DNA of 64,000 nt, from contig CP068257.2 of NCBI GenBank assembly GCA_009914755.4, forward strand, positions 8,576,001 to 8,640,000. Reading direction: 5' to 3'. Positions 39,602 to 51,577 of this stretch are shown here, one piece after another. This DNA comes from the human T2T-CHM13v2.0 reference genome, Homo sapiens. Under the pieces are notes generated by a model. The model saw only the letters and a program-made list of their open reading frames with translations. It was not told the DNA's origin and did no database searches. The translations under genes and the position numbers were made by a program. Position 1 is the first letter of the stretch, and each line of letters starts with the position of its first letter.

Positions 39602-41367
39602 CATGCACATTTGGCCATAATAAAGGGTAAAATCATGTCACTTGTGACAACATGAATGAGCATAGACGACATTGTGGTAAGTGAAATAAGCTAACCACGG
39701 TAAGACAAATATCACATGATCTCATTCTTATGTGAAATCTAAAAACACTGATCTAATAGAGAGTAGAAGAGTGGTTACCAGACTGGGAAAGATAGGGAGG
39801 AGAGGTTTTAACAATGTGTCATGTATCAAAATACCACATTGTACCCCATCAACATGTGAAATTATCATGTATCCACTTAATAAAAGAAAAGAAAAAAGAA
39901 AATGGAAGAGTTAAGATACTGGGGCACTGGAAGAGATAGAAGAGAAGGTCAGTTGGCAGTAAGGAAGAGAGAGTCTGAAAGAGCATGTCACAGAGTGGAA
40001 CATTAAAGTTTATAACATTAGAAATCAATTTTTAAGTTATTGAAAAGTTAAGTTTATAGCCATGAAAGTGAGTAGCTCAATTGAAGTGAAAGTAAAAGTC
40101 AATGAAAGATTAAATTAGAAAATATATTGCTTGGCATTTAGTAATTACTTCAGAAATATTAATAAATCTTAAGAAAATTAAGAACACCAAATCATTCATA
40201 GTGGGCCATTATCATAATACGAATTTATGTGGTAATATTTTATTCTTTCCAGTGAAGGGAGTAATTCAACAGTCTTGATTACAGGTTAGAAAATGATTTC
40301 TCCAGGTGTGACCCACTGACCCCATTCATTGTATTTGAATTGCTTGAGCAATTTGTTTAGGAGAAAATGGAAAGATTTTAAGATGGACCAACGAAATTAC
40401 CACTGAGTGTCTTTAATGGAAATCTCATCCTTGTCTAGAATAACCTGGGTTATCTGTTTCTATAGGGTCTCTGTGCCTTTTGTTTTCTTTGTTATTTGCA
40501 ATTCTGTTAGTTGTAGATTACTGATAGTAATGCAAATATTCTTGTCTATAGACAGGAAAATGATTGATTTTGGTGGAAGTATAATTAATTTTCCTTTTTC
40601 CACCTTCCATCAAGAAGTCAGTTTTGAACCTATCAAGCAAATTTATTTCAGTGTTCCTTAGTGCCTAGATATGTGTGGCTCTTAATTTTCCATAAAACTT
40701 AGTATAACATCTTACTGGCTCCCTCATTAAATAAATGAGTTAAAATCTTAGACAAGTGTTCATTTTATATTTGTAAGTCATAATTTACCCTATTTTAAGC
40801 AATTTTCCTTTATCATTCCTAAAAATCCAGATTCCTATGTCCCATGCTAGACCTATTGAATCAAAATCTCAGGCTGAAGGCACAAGAATTTACATTGTTA
40901 GTAAGCTTTTCAAGTGATTTTTAGGCATACTAAATTGTATTAACCTTTACCATTCTAATTCTTTAAACTGGAATTATTGTATTTATAATTCCATCTTCGT
41001 CAAATTAAACTTTTGGTTAACAAAAACGGTAGAAACCCCCTTATTCAATCAGATTGGGACCAGTAATAAACAGATTAATCACAAATTTAAGTTAGATGGA
41101 GGAATCATAAGAAGTATTAGATGTAAGTCCTTAAAACAACTTTAATTTAAAAGACATGTGTAAATAAATTTGCCAGAATTTTGATGACAAGGTCAAAGCC
41201 TTGCACGGATTCAGAGTGGAGTTTCTTGTGGAAACTATGCCAATGATACGTTGTCATGGATTTCTTGTTCACTTTCTGAGAAGACAACTGGGGTAAAGCA
41301 ATCTGAAATCCTAGATTACACAATTTTTCCCATTTGTTTCTAGTTGTCTTGCCAACAGTTAAGCTGA

Positions 41368-41750
<383 letters not shown>

Positions 41751-42639
41751 TCAACATAATATTTAATTAAATCGCATAGCTACAAGAACAAGAACAAATG
41801 GTGTAAACATATTTAGGAATCAACACAGCTTCCTCTTAGAAACTATACAATTTCTGTAATGGAAGGAGAAATGTACAGGCATTAAAAGTAGCTCAAAGGC
41901 TTTCAGTTTACAGTGGACATCAGTCAATAAGTTACCAGAAAGTGCTGATTGCAAATCAGTTAAGTGGAGGTCAGTTAAGGCAGCATCCACTGTATCCTAA
42001 TTTGAAAAGTGAATGTTCTAAAACTGGGTTCACTTTTGCTATAAAGGACCAGATGATAAATATTTTAGGCTTTGCGAACCATACGGTCTCTATAGCAACC
42101 ATTCAACTCTACCATTGTAGCAGGAAAGCACAAATGATCCATGGATGTGCTCCAATAAAACTTTATTAAAACAGGCAGCTGGTCTGAGGACCATGTATAT
42201 ATCTTGCTGTTTTCACACAATTTTCTAAGTTAGTAGTTCCCTGCCTTTTTAACAATCAAGGATTACTTTTAATCCTCTCTTCTGATTTTATGTTTCAACA
42301 GCCTTAAGAAAACCACACAAAATATATTTATTTTGTAATTTTGGGGGGGGTTCTTATTTTACTAATAAGTAATGAATGATATATAAAGGCTACCTACTAG
42401 GTCAGTATGAAATAATCAACATTATTAACTCTAATGACTTAGTTCTGGATAGAAATAAAAAGTATTCAACTATATATATATATAACTTAAAACCTGTATA
42501 GCTTTTTCTGGTGTAAATATATAACTTTTTGAGATTTTTCAAGTATTGAATACAACATTTGTGAATCCTCACACCTGGCTCCCTATGATGACATTCAAGA
42601 ATTCTTAGGATTCTGGGAATCTTAGAATGAAAGTCACTG

Positions 42640-42672
42640 CTCTGTTGGAATGAATGAATGAATGAATAAGAA
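42640..42672 (+). repeat. (GAAT)n microsatellite. A (TA)n run lies at ~42468-42485.
   Basis: 'gaatgaatgaatgaatgaataag' and 'tatatatatatataa' are directly visible. Confidence 0.9.
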
Positions 42673-43484
42673 AGGGAAGGAAGAAGAAACAGCATGTTTA
42701 CTAAATGTAAATTAATCATCAAGGAACGTTTATTTTATTAATAAATTTGTCAACTTTAGGTTGCCAAATCTAACAAGATACCAACATGGCATTCATGGTG
42801 ATCACACCTCTAGTCAAATTTTATTTTAGTTCATTGACTATAGTATTAATATCCTGAAATACTCAAAAATTCTGTCCTAATTCTGTGAATAATTCACTTA
42901 TTAATCACCCTATACACTACTTAATGAATGGAATGGTGCTTGGAATAAACATAATTACAGGGCTAAAAGGGTTTTCTCTAGAGGCAGGTTATAAGATTTT
43001 GTTGTCTGACTGGAATAAAACAAAATTAATCAATATTTTCTGCAACCAGTGGCTTTTGACTTAGTCGTCCATTAATATCTATCAATCACTATAACCTCAG
43101 TCCTATTTCCTCCATTCTTCTTTTTGCTATCATCAAAACTTGTCCATTTTTTTTCCTGTTTGATCTATATGTTTCTCCTCTTTTCTTTTCATCCAAACAA
43201 CTGGATATCAACTTAGTACAGATAGTGCAATTGATCCGAACCCTACAGAACTCACTGTTTCCATTTACATAACTTACATAACTGTCAAGCTGAAATCATT
43301 CTCAAATATTTTAATTCAAAACTTTAATTTCATTTAATCATATTTATTCATTAATTAATTTATTTTGAAAATAATTTTAACTTGTATTTTACATTCAGGA
43401 GTACATGTGCCAGTTTGTTACATGGGTGTATCTCATAATGCTGAGTTTTGGGGTATGAATGATCCCGTCATCCAGATGCTCATT

Positions 43485-43866
43485 TGGTATGGTTTGACTC
43501 TGTGTCCCCACCCAAATCTCATGTTGAATTATAATTCCCAATGTAGGGGAAATGACCTGGTGGGAGGTGATTAGCTCATGAGAGCAGACTTCCCCCTTGC
43601 TGTTCTTACATGGTAAGTGAGTTATCATGAGATCTGATGGTTTAAACATATGGTACATCCGCCCTGGCTCACTTGCTCTCCTGCCGCCATGGTAGAAAGT
43701 GCCTTGCTTCCCCCTTCACCTTCTGCCATGATTATAAGTTTCCTGAAGCCTCCCAGCCATGCTTCCTGTACAGCCTGTGGAACTGTGAGTCAATTAAACC
43801 TCTTTTCTTTATAAATTACCCAGTCTCGGGTATTTCTATATAGCAGTGTGAGAACAGATTAATACA
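43485..43866 (+). repeat. THE1/MST-family MaLR solo LTR, plus orientation, nested in the L1.
   Basis: 'tggtatggtttgactctgtgtccccacccaaatctcatgttgaattataattccc...ctggtgggaggtgattagctcatgagagcagacttcccccttgctgttcttacatggtaagtgagttatcatgagatctgatggtttaaac...ccttctgccatgattataagtttcctgaagcctcccagccatgcttcctgtacagcctgtggaactgtgagtcaattaaacctcttttctttataaattacccagtctcgggtatttctatatagcagtgtgagaacagattaataca'. Confidence 0.8.
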
Positions 43867-44140
43867 TGAGCATAGTACCCAATAGTTAGTTTGTCAAACC
43901 TTGCCTTCCTCCTTCTCCCCTCTAGTAGTCCCAGTGTTTATTCTTTCCATCTTTATGTCCATAAGTACCCAGTGTTTAGCTCCCACTTATCATTGAGATC
44001 ATGTGGTATTTCGTTTTGTATTCCTGCATTAATTTACTTAGGATAATGGCCTTCAGCTGCATCCATGTTGCTTCAAAGGACATGATTTTGTTATTTTTAT
44101 GGGTGCATAGTATTCCATGGTGTGTGAAATCGTTTGGAAG

Positions 44141-44531
44141 GTGGCCCCTATAAATCTCATGGTGAAATGTAATCCTCAGGGTTGGAGGTGGGGCCTGGTA
44201 GGAGGTGTTTGGGTCATGGGGGTGGATCTCTCATGATCTGATACCGTCCTTGTGATAGCGAATTATTTCAAGATCTGGTTGTGTAAGGGTGTGTGGTACT
44301 TACCCCCACTCCCAATCTCTCTTGCTCCTGCTCTGGCCATGTGATGAGCCTACTCCCTCTTCACCTTCCATCATGAGTAAAAGCTCCCTGGAGACACCAC
44401 AGGTGCCATCAGATGCTGTCACCATGCTTCCTGTACAGCCTGCAGAGCTATGAGCCAATTAAATCTCTTTTCCTTATAAGTTACCCAGTCTCAGGTATTT
44501 CTTCATAGCAATGCAAGAATGGCCTAATACT
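44141..44531 (+). repeat. MST-like MaLR solo LTR, plus orientation, 5'-truncated by ~15 nt, nested in the same L1 270 bp downstream of the previous LTR.
   Basis: 'cccctataaatctcatggtgaaatgtaatcctcagggttggaggtggggcctggtaggaggtgtttgggtcatgggggtggatctctcatgatctg...ctctggccatgtgatgagcctactccctcttcaccttccatcatgagtaaaagctccctggagacaccacaggtgccatcagatgctgtcaccatgcttcctgtacagcctgcagagctatgagccaattaaatctcttttccttataagttacccagtctcaggtatttcttcatagcaatgcaagaatggcctaatac'. Confidence 0.75.
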
Positions 44532-47126
44532 GTGTGGATGTACCACATTTTATTGATCAAATCCACTGTTGATGGGCACCTAGGCTGACTCCATGTCTTT
44601 GCTATTGTAATAGTGCTGCGATGAACATGCAAGTGCATATGTCTTTTTGGTAGAATAACTGACTTTCTTTGGGTCATATACCTGTAATGGAATTGTTGGC
44701 TTGAGAGGTAATTCTATTTTAAATTCTTTGAGAAATTTCCAAACTGCTTTAAACAGTGGCTGAACTAATTTACATTCGCACCAATTATGTGTAAATGTTC
44801 CCTTTTCTCCACAGCCTCCCAAGATCTGTTGTTTTTCGATTTTTTAATAGTAGCTATTCTGACTGGTATAGGATAGTATCTCGTTTTGGTTTTGATTTGC
44901 ATTTCTCTCATGATTAGTGATGTTAAGCCTAATCTCTGCCACCTGAAAACTGGGAAAATACAGTGTCACTTGTCAAAATAAATTGTTTTACTTTGCTTTA
45001 AAAATAATCAATTGAGTAGTATATTTCTTCCAGCAAAATTAAGAAGTAAACATTTAGAAATGTACATTACCTTGCTGTTAAATCTTCGCACAAGTATACC
45101 AATCCAACATAAAGGCCATCTTAAACTTTCATTTGAAATGAAAGACAATTTTTAAGAGGTTAAGGGCTAGTAATTTGTTAAAGTCCTGAAGTTAAATTAG
45201 CTCAAGTAAATACAAAGACTTTCCTTTAATTAAAGTCTTTTAAATGAACACTTTAAAGCATAGTTGGTTTATCCCTCAAATCTTGTCCAAAGCCACTGTT
45301 TACAACTCAGTATATCAAAGAAGGTTTCAGACATGATTGTGAAGCTCCCTCAACTTAACAGTGTGCTATTTGCAACCTTAGATGGCTATCATTCTGGCTT
45401 TTCTACCTTTTAGCAACAATAAGCACACCAGTCCCATTTCTCCCGCACCCTGACTTACCCCTCTTTGCATTTAATAGATAATTTTTCTCAGAGTGTTCTT
45501 ACACATCTTTAACTGTAAATATGACAAAAGCACACAGTATAGTACATGTGCCACATGTATAAATGTTGTATCTAGTCATACAATTTTCCTTTTAAAAAAG
45601 AAATATTTTATTTTCAAAAAGCAAAGACTCTAGGAATCTTTTCTAGCTGCCAGTCATAAAAATATAAATTCCTGGTTAGATTCCCAAATTTGCCTGACCA
45701 TAAGAACCACTTGTGGTACTTCTCAAACACATGTATTCTGAGTCCCATCCGTGATCTCCTGAATCAGAATCAGCAGGTGAGAGGCCTGGGAATACACATT
45801 TTAAACAAATGTCCACAGTGATTACGATTAGTCAAGCTTGAAAAAAATTTCACTAGGATCTTCATGACTGAATATCCTCACAAACATAAGAAAGTTACTA
45901 GAGAAAAATATGAGCAGAATTTCAGAATTTTTCCTTTGCTGAAATTGTTTGTTCCCTCCTCCTCTACTCATCAAGACCTGACTGCTTATGTAACTCCCCC
46001 AAACCATCAACACCTGGAAGGAGTTGAAAATGATTTTAATGAAGAAGAAAAGCTCATGTTTAATTTCAAAACTGACGGTGACAATAGAAGGGAGAGGCAT
46101 GAATTTATCTTGATTCTAACACAAAGCATTATATTTGAGTCTACAAACGAAATTGGTTTCATTTTTATTTTTTGTAAGTTTTCGCCAAACTCTAGGCATA
46201 TATAGAGGCTGGGCAAGAAAGAAAGAAACCCAGAAATATGGCATATGCAATCCCTTATTTATTTCCCCATGCGACCAGCCAACAGCTTCTTCACCTAGTC
46301 CCTGCTTCAAGCTGACTTTCTGTCTACTTCTCTATCGGAAATGGAGCTTCCCTAAAGACTACCTCAATGTCAGTTACCCACAGGCCATTTTTCCATCTTA
46401 TGTTCCTAAACTTCTATGATATTAAATGATATTACCCTTTCTGGAAATTGTCCTTAGCTTTGATTTTATAATTTTACTCTAACTTTGTTTCATTCCTTCT
46501 TTTATAGCCTTTCTTTTCTCTATCCCTTTACTGCAGACATGTTGTACAGCTTTGTTCTTGACCTTCTGATCTCTCCACATTCATTCCCAAGAGCATGTAT
46601 CCATTTTCTTGGCATCGCCCTTCCTAACTATCTGATTATTACCATCATATAATGATGTTGGTGATGAGCATAGCTAACATATCCTAGGCATTTTCCATGT
46701 AGGTTATAATAAGCACCCTATATAATTTGTACCATTTAATTCTTCAACCCTAAATGATACTATTACTAACCACATTGTATGAGATGAGGAAACAGATTTT
46801 CATCAAAACCATGGAAAGCCAACGTGAGGAGCCCCTGTGTGTCTCCTTTTTTAATGCCTCTGGGCATCATGGCATGTGGATTGCGGTGGAATGGGGATTA
46901 GGAAGCGCAGCACTGTGAAAACACCAGAAAATATGATAGCAGGTAAGGACGCTCATCTCTGCACATTGAGATGGTTTTGTTTCTGAGTCAGGTTTGAGAT
47001 GAGCCAATCCTGACTCCATGGTGCCACCAGGGATCACGAATTTAGTAAGATCTTCGTGGATGCTTGGAACCCAACTGGTTTCTGTTTTCTACTTTAGGGA
47101 AAGAGCCACAACTTGAGTGGGGTGGT

Positions 47127-47204
47127 TTTGGTGTCACATACGCTATCAATAATACCCACCGTTTTGGTGTTACATACGCGATTAATAATACCCACCGCTG
47201 CGGA
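47127..47204 (+). repeat. Perfect-to-near-perfect 39-bp tandem duplication just upstream of the CpG island.
   Basis: 'gttttggtgtcacatacgctatcaataatacccaccg' followed by 'ttttggtgttacatacgcgattaataatacccaccg'. The minus-strand ORF track shows it as a duplicated peptide (GVTYAINNTHRFGVTYAINNTHR). Confidence 0.9.
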
Positions 47205-47529
47205 GGAATCACCGTGGACGAATCCTCCTTTCATCCCATGCTCTTGCGATGGATCCCTCTCACCTGTTTACTGATTTCATTCAAATTCTTCAGCGACCAC
47301 AGGACCCCGATTTGCCTTCTCTATCCTGGTTCCCATCACTCTGCTTTACAGGCCTGGCCTGCTCGCGGCTCCTCACACCAGCGCTGCAAGGCTCCCTCCT
47401 CGCCTCTGCCCTGTTTCCTCCAGCAGACAGGACTAGCTTCCTCCATCTCTATCGGGCAAAAGCCTGCTCAGCGTTCAAGACCCTCCTCAGATGCCGCCTC
47501 CACGATTAGGCTTCTTCCTGACCCCTGAG

Positions 47530-48560
47530 CCTGTAACATGCGCCACCATAACTCTCCACCTTATCCCACATTGCCACAGCACTCGCGAAGTCCGCGGCCC
47601 TCAACATGGCGCTTCATTCTATTTTAGGGTATTTTCTGCTTGCTTCCTGCACACACAGTTGCGCGAGGCACAGCCCCGAGTGACCCACGCACGAGTGGCC
47701 CCCGCTTCCAGACTCGCCGCCGCAGGCCGGCGAGGGCAGCCTAAGCCGCTTCCCGCCCCCGCAGGGACCGTCGCCAGCCCGCAGCTCTAGCGGGAGGCGG
47801 TTCCACAGAGAGCCCGGCAGTCCCGCCACCGTCAGCACCAGCGCCTCGGGAGGGCTTTCCCCACCTCTGGGAGGCACAAATCCTCAGGGGCTCCTCGAGA
47901 GGGATCCAGGGAGCAGATGTGTGCGGACACCTTTTGGCCCTCTGAGGCCGCTGTACCTCCCTGGCAGAAACCCGGAAGTGGAAATCTCAGCCATTCAGCG
48001 TTTGGGTGAAGATGAAGGCGGGTTCTGGACAGACGTACGCTGTCAGGAAGTGTTTACTTCGCCTCCACTTCTGTTCCTCCCCGCCCTGGTGCTGCTCCAG
48101 GTCACATACTTGTCCTGAGCCGGCTTCAGCCTCTCCGCGCAGAAGTCTCCCGGAGCCATGGCCGAGTACTCTTTTGTGAAGTCTACCAAGCTTGTGCTCA
48201 AGGGAACCAAGGCAAAGAGCTGGGTCCTGCAGCTCCGGCGGGAGCCTCCTCGGTTCTTTTCGGATGCACTCCACCCCCGCGGATCCGGTGGAAGCCGTGG
48301 TGCGAAGAGCTGGCTTCGTGGCCTCCCAGGTTTCGCCCTGACCCTGTCTGGGCTGGACGGAGGCCGGACCGCAGTTCGTGGCGCCTGTGCAGAGAGGGGC
48401 AACCTCCCGCGCTGACGACCCTGGAAACAGGATAGACGGGCGGGTGACCTGTGGCCCCGTACCCACGAGTTTGGGTCCGCTGAGGCATCTCTCCAGGCCT
48501 CTGCCTGGTGGGTCTGCGTTAGTCTGATCTTGTAGTTCATGATAATAACTTCGTTTACTA
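47530..48560 (+). promoter_or_regulatory. CpG island and likely promoter of the FRG1-like gene. It contains an ETS/GABP-type 'cccggaagtgg' motif at ~47963-47973 and a GC box 'ccccgccc' at ~48079-48086, about 75 bp upstream of the ATG.
   Basis: Dense CpG content ('cgcgaagtccgcggccc', 'gcgcgaggcacagccccgagtgacccacgcacgagtggcccccgc', 'cgccgccgcaggccggcgagggc', 'ccgccaccgtcagcaccagcgcctcggg'). It lies immediately 5' of and across exon 1. The 197-aa, 165-aa and 96-aa minus-strand ORFs here are GC-rich artefacts. Confidence 0.75.
48158..48219 (+). pseudogene. FRG1: FRG1-family exon 1, coding part (start codon ATG at 48158): MAEYSFVKSTKLVLKGTKAK(S). The expected splice donor after 48219 reads 'ct', not 'gt'.
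   Basis: The translation matches the FRG1 N-terminus 'MAEYSFVKSTKLVLKGTKTKS' with a T19A change. The exon must end at ...AAGAG to join in frame to exon 2 ('T AAG AAG' gives S-K-K), but the next two nucleotides are 'ct'. Confidence 0.8.
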
Positions 48561-49369
48561 AGGATTATTCTTTTCTCCATTGTCTCTTCCTGGAAAAATT
48601 ATTGATTATTTTTTTCTAAGCTAGTATGTAGAGTGAAACCAGGATGAATCACACAGTGGTTGAGGTGTACATAGGCTTTGATAGAGATATGGGATGGAAC
48701 CTGCACTCTGTCATTTACTAATTTTGTAATTTGTGGCAAATTGGTTAATATGTCTGAACTTCCATTTACTCATTAAGAGATCAAGTATCTTTAAACCTTC
48801 GTTTACACATTTATACTTTCAGACCATTTTTTATACCTTTAGAAGACTGTGAAGATTAAATTAGAGAACGTATATGCAGTAAATAAATTGAGCCAAATGT
48901 GAGGAGGAGGTCGTCGTGGTAATTTGTTAGCTCTTTAGGAGAAAAATACCTGTGCATTCATATCCCTGCTTCTTTTTTAACTGGCAGATTTGCCTGAGGT
49001 TGACTGTACATACAAATATTGAGCATTTCCTCCTGGTCTCCATGATAAACAGAGGTTTTGATATTGTTAGGCGAGATGGAAAGTATCAAAGAGTGAGCTG
49101 AAACCACTGCCTTTGAGAACCCTCTCAAGGAGTCTGGCCTCATGAAGATGCCAGAATAAATGGCAGGTATATCCTGAATGAATGTGAGATTTTTACTCTG
49201 TGAATTTCCTGTGAGGAGTGGTGAGTTATCCTCTGAAAACTTTATGATGAAAATGCAGACAAGAGTGTCTTAAGATTATCGCAGTAATCATAATTAATGC
49301 TTATATAGCACTTTCAATGCGCCAAGAAATTGTTGTAGGCGCTTTGCACATTAACTTTTTTCAAATCGC

Positions 49370-49990
49370 TCTTGGGTTTTTATTTTTTTATAGCGATGTA
49401 ATTCATAATTATAAAATTCACCCTTTTGTACAGTCAGTGGTTTTTAGTACATATTCAAGAGGTTCACCACTGTCTAGTTGCTCAGCATTTTCATCATCTC
49501 AGAAGGAAATCTCTTCCTACCCATTAAAGCAGTCACATCCCATCCTCCCTCTCTCCTAGTCCTTGGCAACCACTAGTCTGCTATCTATGTGAAATTGCCT
49601 ATTCTGAATATTTCCTAAGAAATCATGCAACATGTGGCCTTTTGTATCTGGCTTCTTTCACTTATAACATTCTTGAGGTCCATCATTGTTGTAGCACTTG
49701 TTCCTTTTTATGGCTGCATAGTATTCCATTGTATGGATGTAACATTTTGTTCATCCATTCATCAGTTGATGAACATTTAGGTTGTTTCCCCTTTTTGACT
49801 ATTGTGACTAATGCTAGTGTGAATATTCTTATGTAAGTATTTTTGTGGGGGTATGTTTTCATTTCCCTTGGGTATACATACTTAGGAGTAAAACTGCTGG
49901 GTCATATGGTAACTCTTTAACTTTTTGAGGAACCACAAACTGTTTCCTGTAGATGCTGCACCATTTTACATTTCCACCAGCAATGCATGA
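49370..49990 (-). mobile_element. L1 3'-end fragment (3' UTR plus ORF2 end), antisense on + strand, in intron 1 of the FRG1-like gene.
   Basis: 'tttttttatagcgatgtaattcataattataaaattcacccttttgtacagtcagtggtttttagtacatattcaagaggttcaccactgtc...ccttggcaaccactagtctgctatctatgtgaaattgcctattctgaatatttc...tggcttctttcacttataacattcttgaggtccatcattgttgtagcacttgttcctttttatggctgcatagtattccattgtatggatgtaacattttgttcatccattcatcagttgatgaacatttaggttgtttccc'. Confidence 0.8.
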
Positions 49991-50004
49991 AGATACATAT
50001 TACC

Positions 50005-50175
50005 TCTTAATCCTCACAATAGCCTTAAGAGTTAAGTTATTATCCTAATTTTTTAAGTGGGGAAACTGACTCCCAGAGAGGTTCAGTACCTTTTCCAAAA
50101 ATCACAGAGCTAAGAAGTGACAGAATCAAGATTTAAAATCTGGCAGTGTGGCTCTACAATCTGCTTTGAACTTTA
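50005..50175 (+). repeat. MIR SINE.
   Basis: 'cctcacaatagccttaagagttaagttattatcctaattttttaagtggggaaactgactcccagagaggttcagtaccttttccaaaaatcacagagctaagaagtgacagaatcaagatttaaaatctggcagtgtggctctacaatctg' matches the MIR consensus '...tttacagatgaggaaactgaggcacagagaggttaagtaacttgcccaaggtcacacagctagtaagtggcagagctgggatt.gaacccagg'. Confidence 0.75.
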
Positions 50176-50365
50176 ACATGATATGTACAAAGCCTGAAGC
50201 AACTTCTCAGTATTGTATTTAAGAGGGCATAGTAATGTAAGTCTTCCTAAATCAATAATTTATAAATGAAACAGCTTAAAAGACTTCCAAGTTTCAATCT
50301 TACGATATTTATTTATCACACAAATCAATGTACCTAAGCTCATCTGTATAAATAATGTCCTGTAG

Positions 50366-50435
50366 TAAGAAGAAAAAGAGGAAAGATAAGAGGAGAAAAA
50401 GAGAAGAAGATGAAGAAACTCAGTTTGATATGTTG
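50366..50435 (+). pseudogene. FRG1: FRG1-family exon 2: (S)KKKRKDKRRKREEDEETQFDML, compared with FRG1 'KKKKSKDKKRKREEDEETQLDIV(G)'. It has an apparent 1-nt deletion before the 'gtgagt' donor.
   Basis: Acceptor 'tcctgtag|TAAGAAGAAAAAGAGG', donor 'GATATGTTG|gtgagt'. FRG1 needs ...GATATTGTTG|gt so that exon 3 'GA ATC TGG TGG' reads G-I-W-W. Here the exon is one nucleotide shorter, which shifts exon 3 out of frame. Confidence 0.75.
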
Positions 50436-51331
50436 GTGAGTCAGTTTTCAGTGCTTTATTCTGAAAAAAGTTAACATTTCTTGAGATCTCATTGAAAATA
50501 TTTTCCTAGTTAGAAATTTATGATGTATTCATATTTGTCTTAAAGTGTTTAAATATTACCTACAGTTGTAAATTCCATTTATTCTTTAGCACAGTAGATG
50601 CTACTGATGCCTTTACTTCATTATCAGAACAGAGCACAGGAGAGAAGAATTACAACTCTCTGACTTAGTAGGCACCATTAGACTGCTTAATAGCCAGATA
50701 TTCTGATACATAATTTTAAAGGCTTAATGTAAATGTTATTAAACCAAATATATTTTACAAGTTATTTTCTTTGAACATGTATACATTTTAGTTGTAGAAG
50801 TCAGTTGTCTCTTAAACGAAGTATCTTCACAGGAAAAATCATTATTTTGTGAACTCTGAAATGAATGAAAATTTTAAATACAATATCAGGGTAGCCTGTA
50901 AATGATACTAGAAATAAACTGACCCAAACACACTTAACCAGCCTGTTTTCCACTTAGTTGTTTCCGTACTTTTTTTTCTCTTTTAAAACTTGGCAAATTG
51001 CATTTTGAATCTTCATAATTTATAGTAGCTTAAAAAATATATAAAATATGGAATGGTATAAAACTAATATTCTGGAAGAATCATTACTTTTGAAATGGCA
51101 AATCAATAATTCTAAAATTAGCATAAATATCTAGGGTAGATATGTAGATGTGGAATTGCTGTATCAAAGGATAGGTGAATGTTTAACTATATAAGAAACT
51201 GCCAAAAGTTTTCTAAAGTGGTTGTGCCATTTTACCCTCCCACCAACAATGAATTAGTTCTCCAGTTACATCCTTGCCAAGAGTTATCAGACTTTTCTGC
51301 CAGTCTGAGTTTTACCTTTTCCGTTTCTTAA

Positions 51332-51577
<246 letters not shown>

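Larger units (their letters stand above)
33870..39905 (+). mobile_element. Near-full-length but decayed L1 of ~6 kb (ORF1, ORF2, 3' UTR and A-rich tail) in sense orientation. It carries a nested Alu (36795-37072) and a nested MaLR LTR (39310-39601). The 5' boundary is uncertain and may extend to ~33100.
   Basis: ORF1-like translation '...LEDRLFENTLSE*KREKNEKKQRKLMRSMGHHKKKQIYSVKVELRMKKS*KLIQRNNRQLFKLGEGLRCLGWPKLTNLI*SE*DNHKTLIIKLSNVKNKQ*VLKALRKRKRITHKRIPMCLAADFSAETIWARREW...'. ORF2 C-terminal translation 'REMQVKSTVRYHLILLRM...CW..CEGE.SYTVGGNVN...' (L1 ORF2p '[49 protein letters not shown]') and 'ytiaknqpkcpsmnewrkkmwhiy'. The element is A-rich throughout and every frame has many stops. Confidence 0.85.
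43370..44928 (-). mobile_element. L1 3'-end fragment (young L1PA-like 3' UTR/ORF2 end), antisense on + strand. It is interrupted by two MaLR solo LTRs.
   Basis: 'ggagtacatgtgccagtttgttacatgggtgtatctcataatgc' is the antisense of the L1 3' UTR end 'gcacattgtgcacatgtaccc'. The element continues: 'catgagcatagtacccaatagttagtttgtcaaaccttgcc...cccagtgtttagctcccacttatcattgagatcatgtggtatttcgttttgtattcctgcattaatttacttaggataatggccttcagctgcatccatgttgcttcaaaggacatgattttgttatttttatgggtgcatagtattccatggtgtg' ... 'ccacattttattgatcaaatccactgttgatgggcacctaggctgactccatgtctttgctattgtaatagtgctgcgatgaacatgcaagtgcatatgtctttttggtag...ctgactggtataggatagtatctcgttttggttttgatttgcatttctctcatgattagtgatgttaagc'. Confidence 0.8.

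Noticed and set aside
47614-48580. 197-, 165-, 96- and 87-aa ORFs, mostly on the minus strand, across the CpG island
   Set aside because: The island is GC-rich and stop-poor. The ORFs overlap the real FRG1-like exon 1 in other frames or on the other strand and have Arg/Pro/Gly/Ala-rich composition. The only supported coding segment there is 48158-48219 on the + strand.
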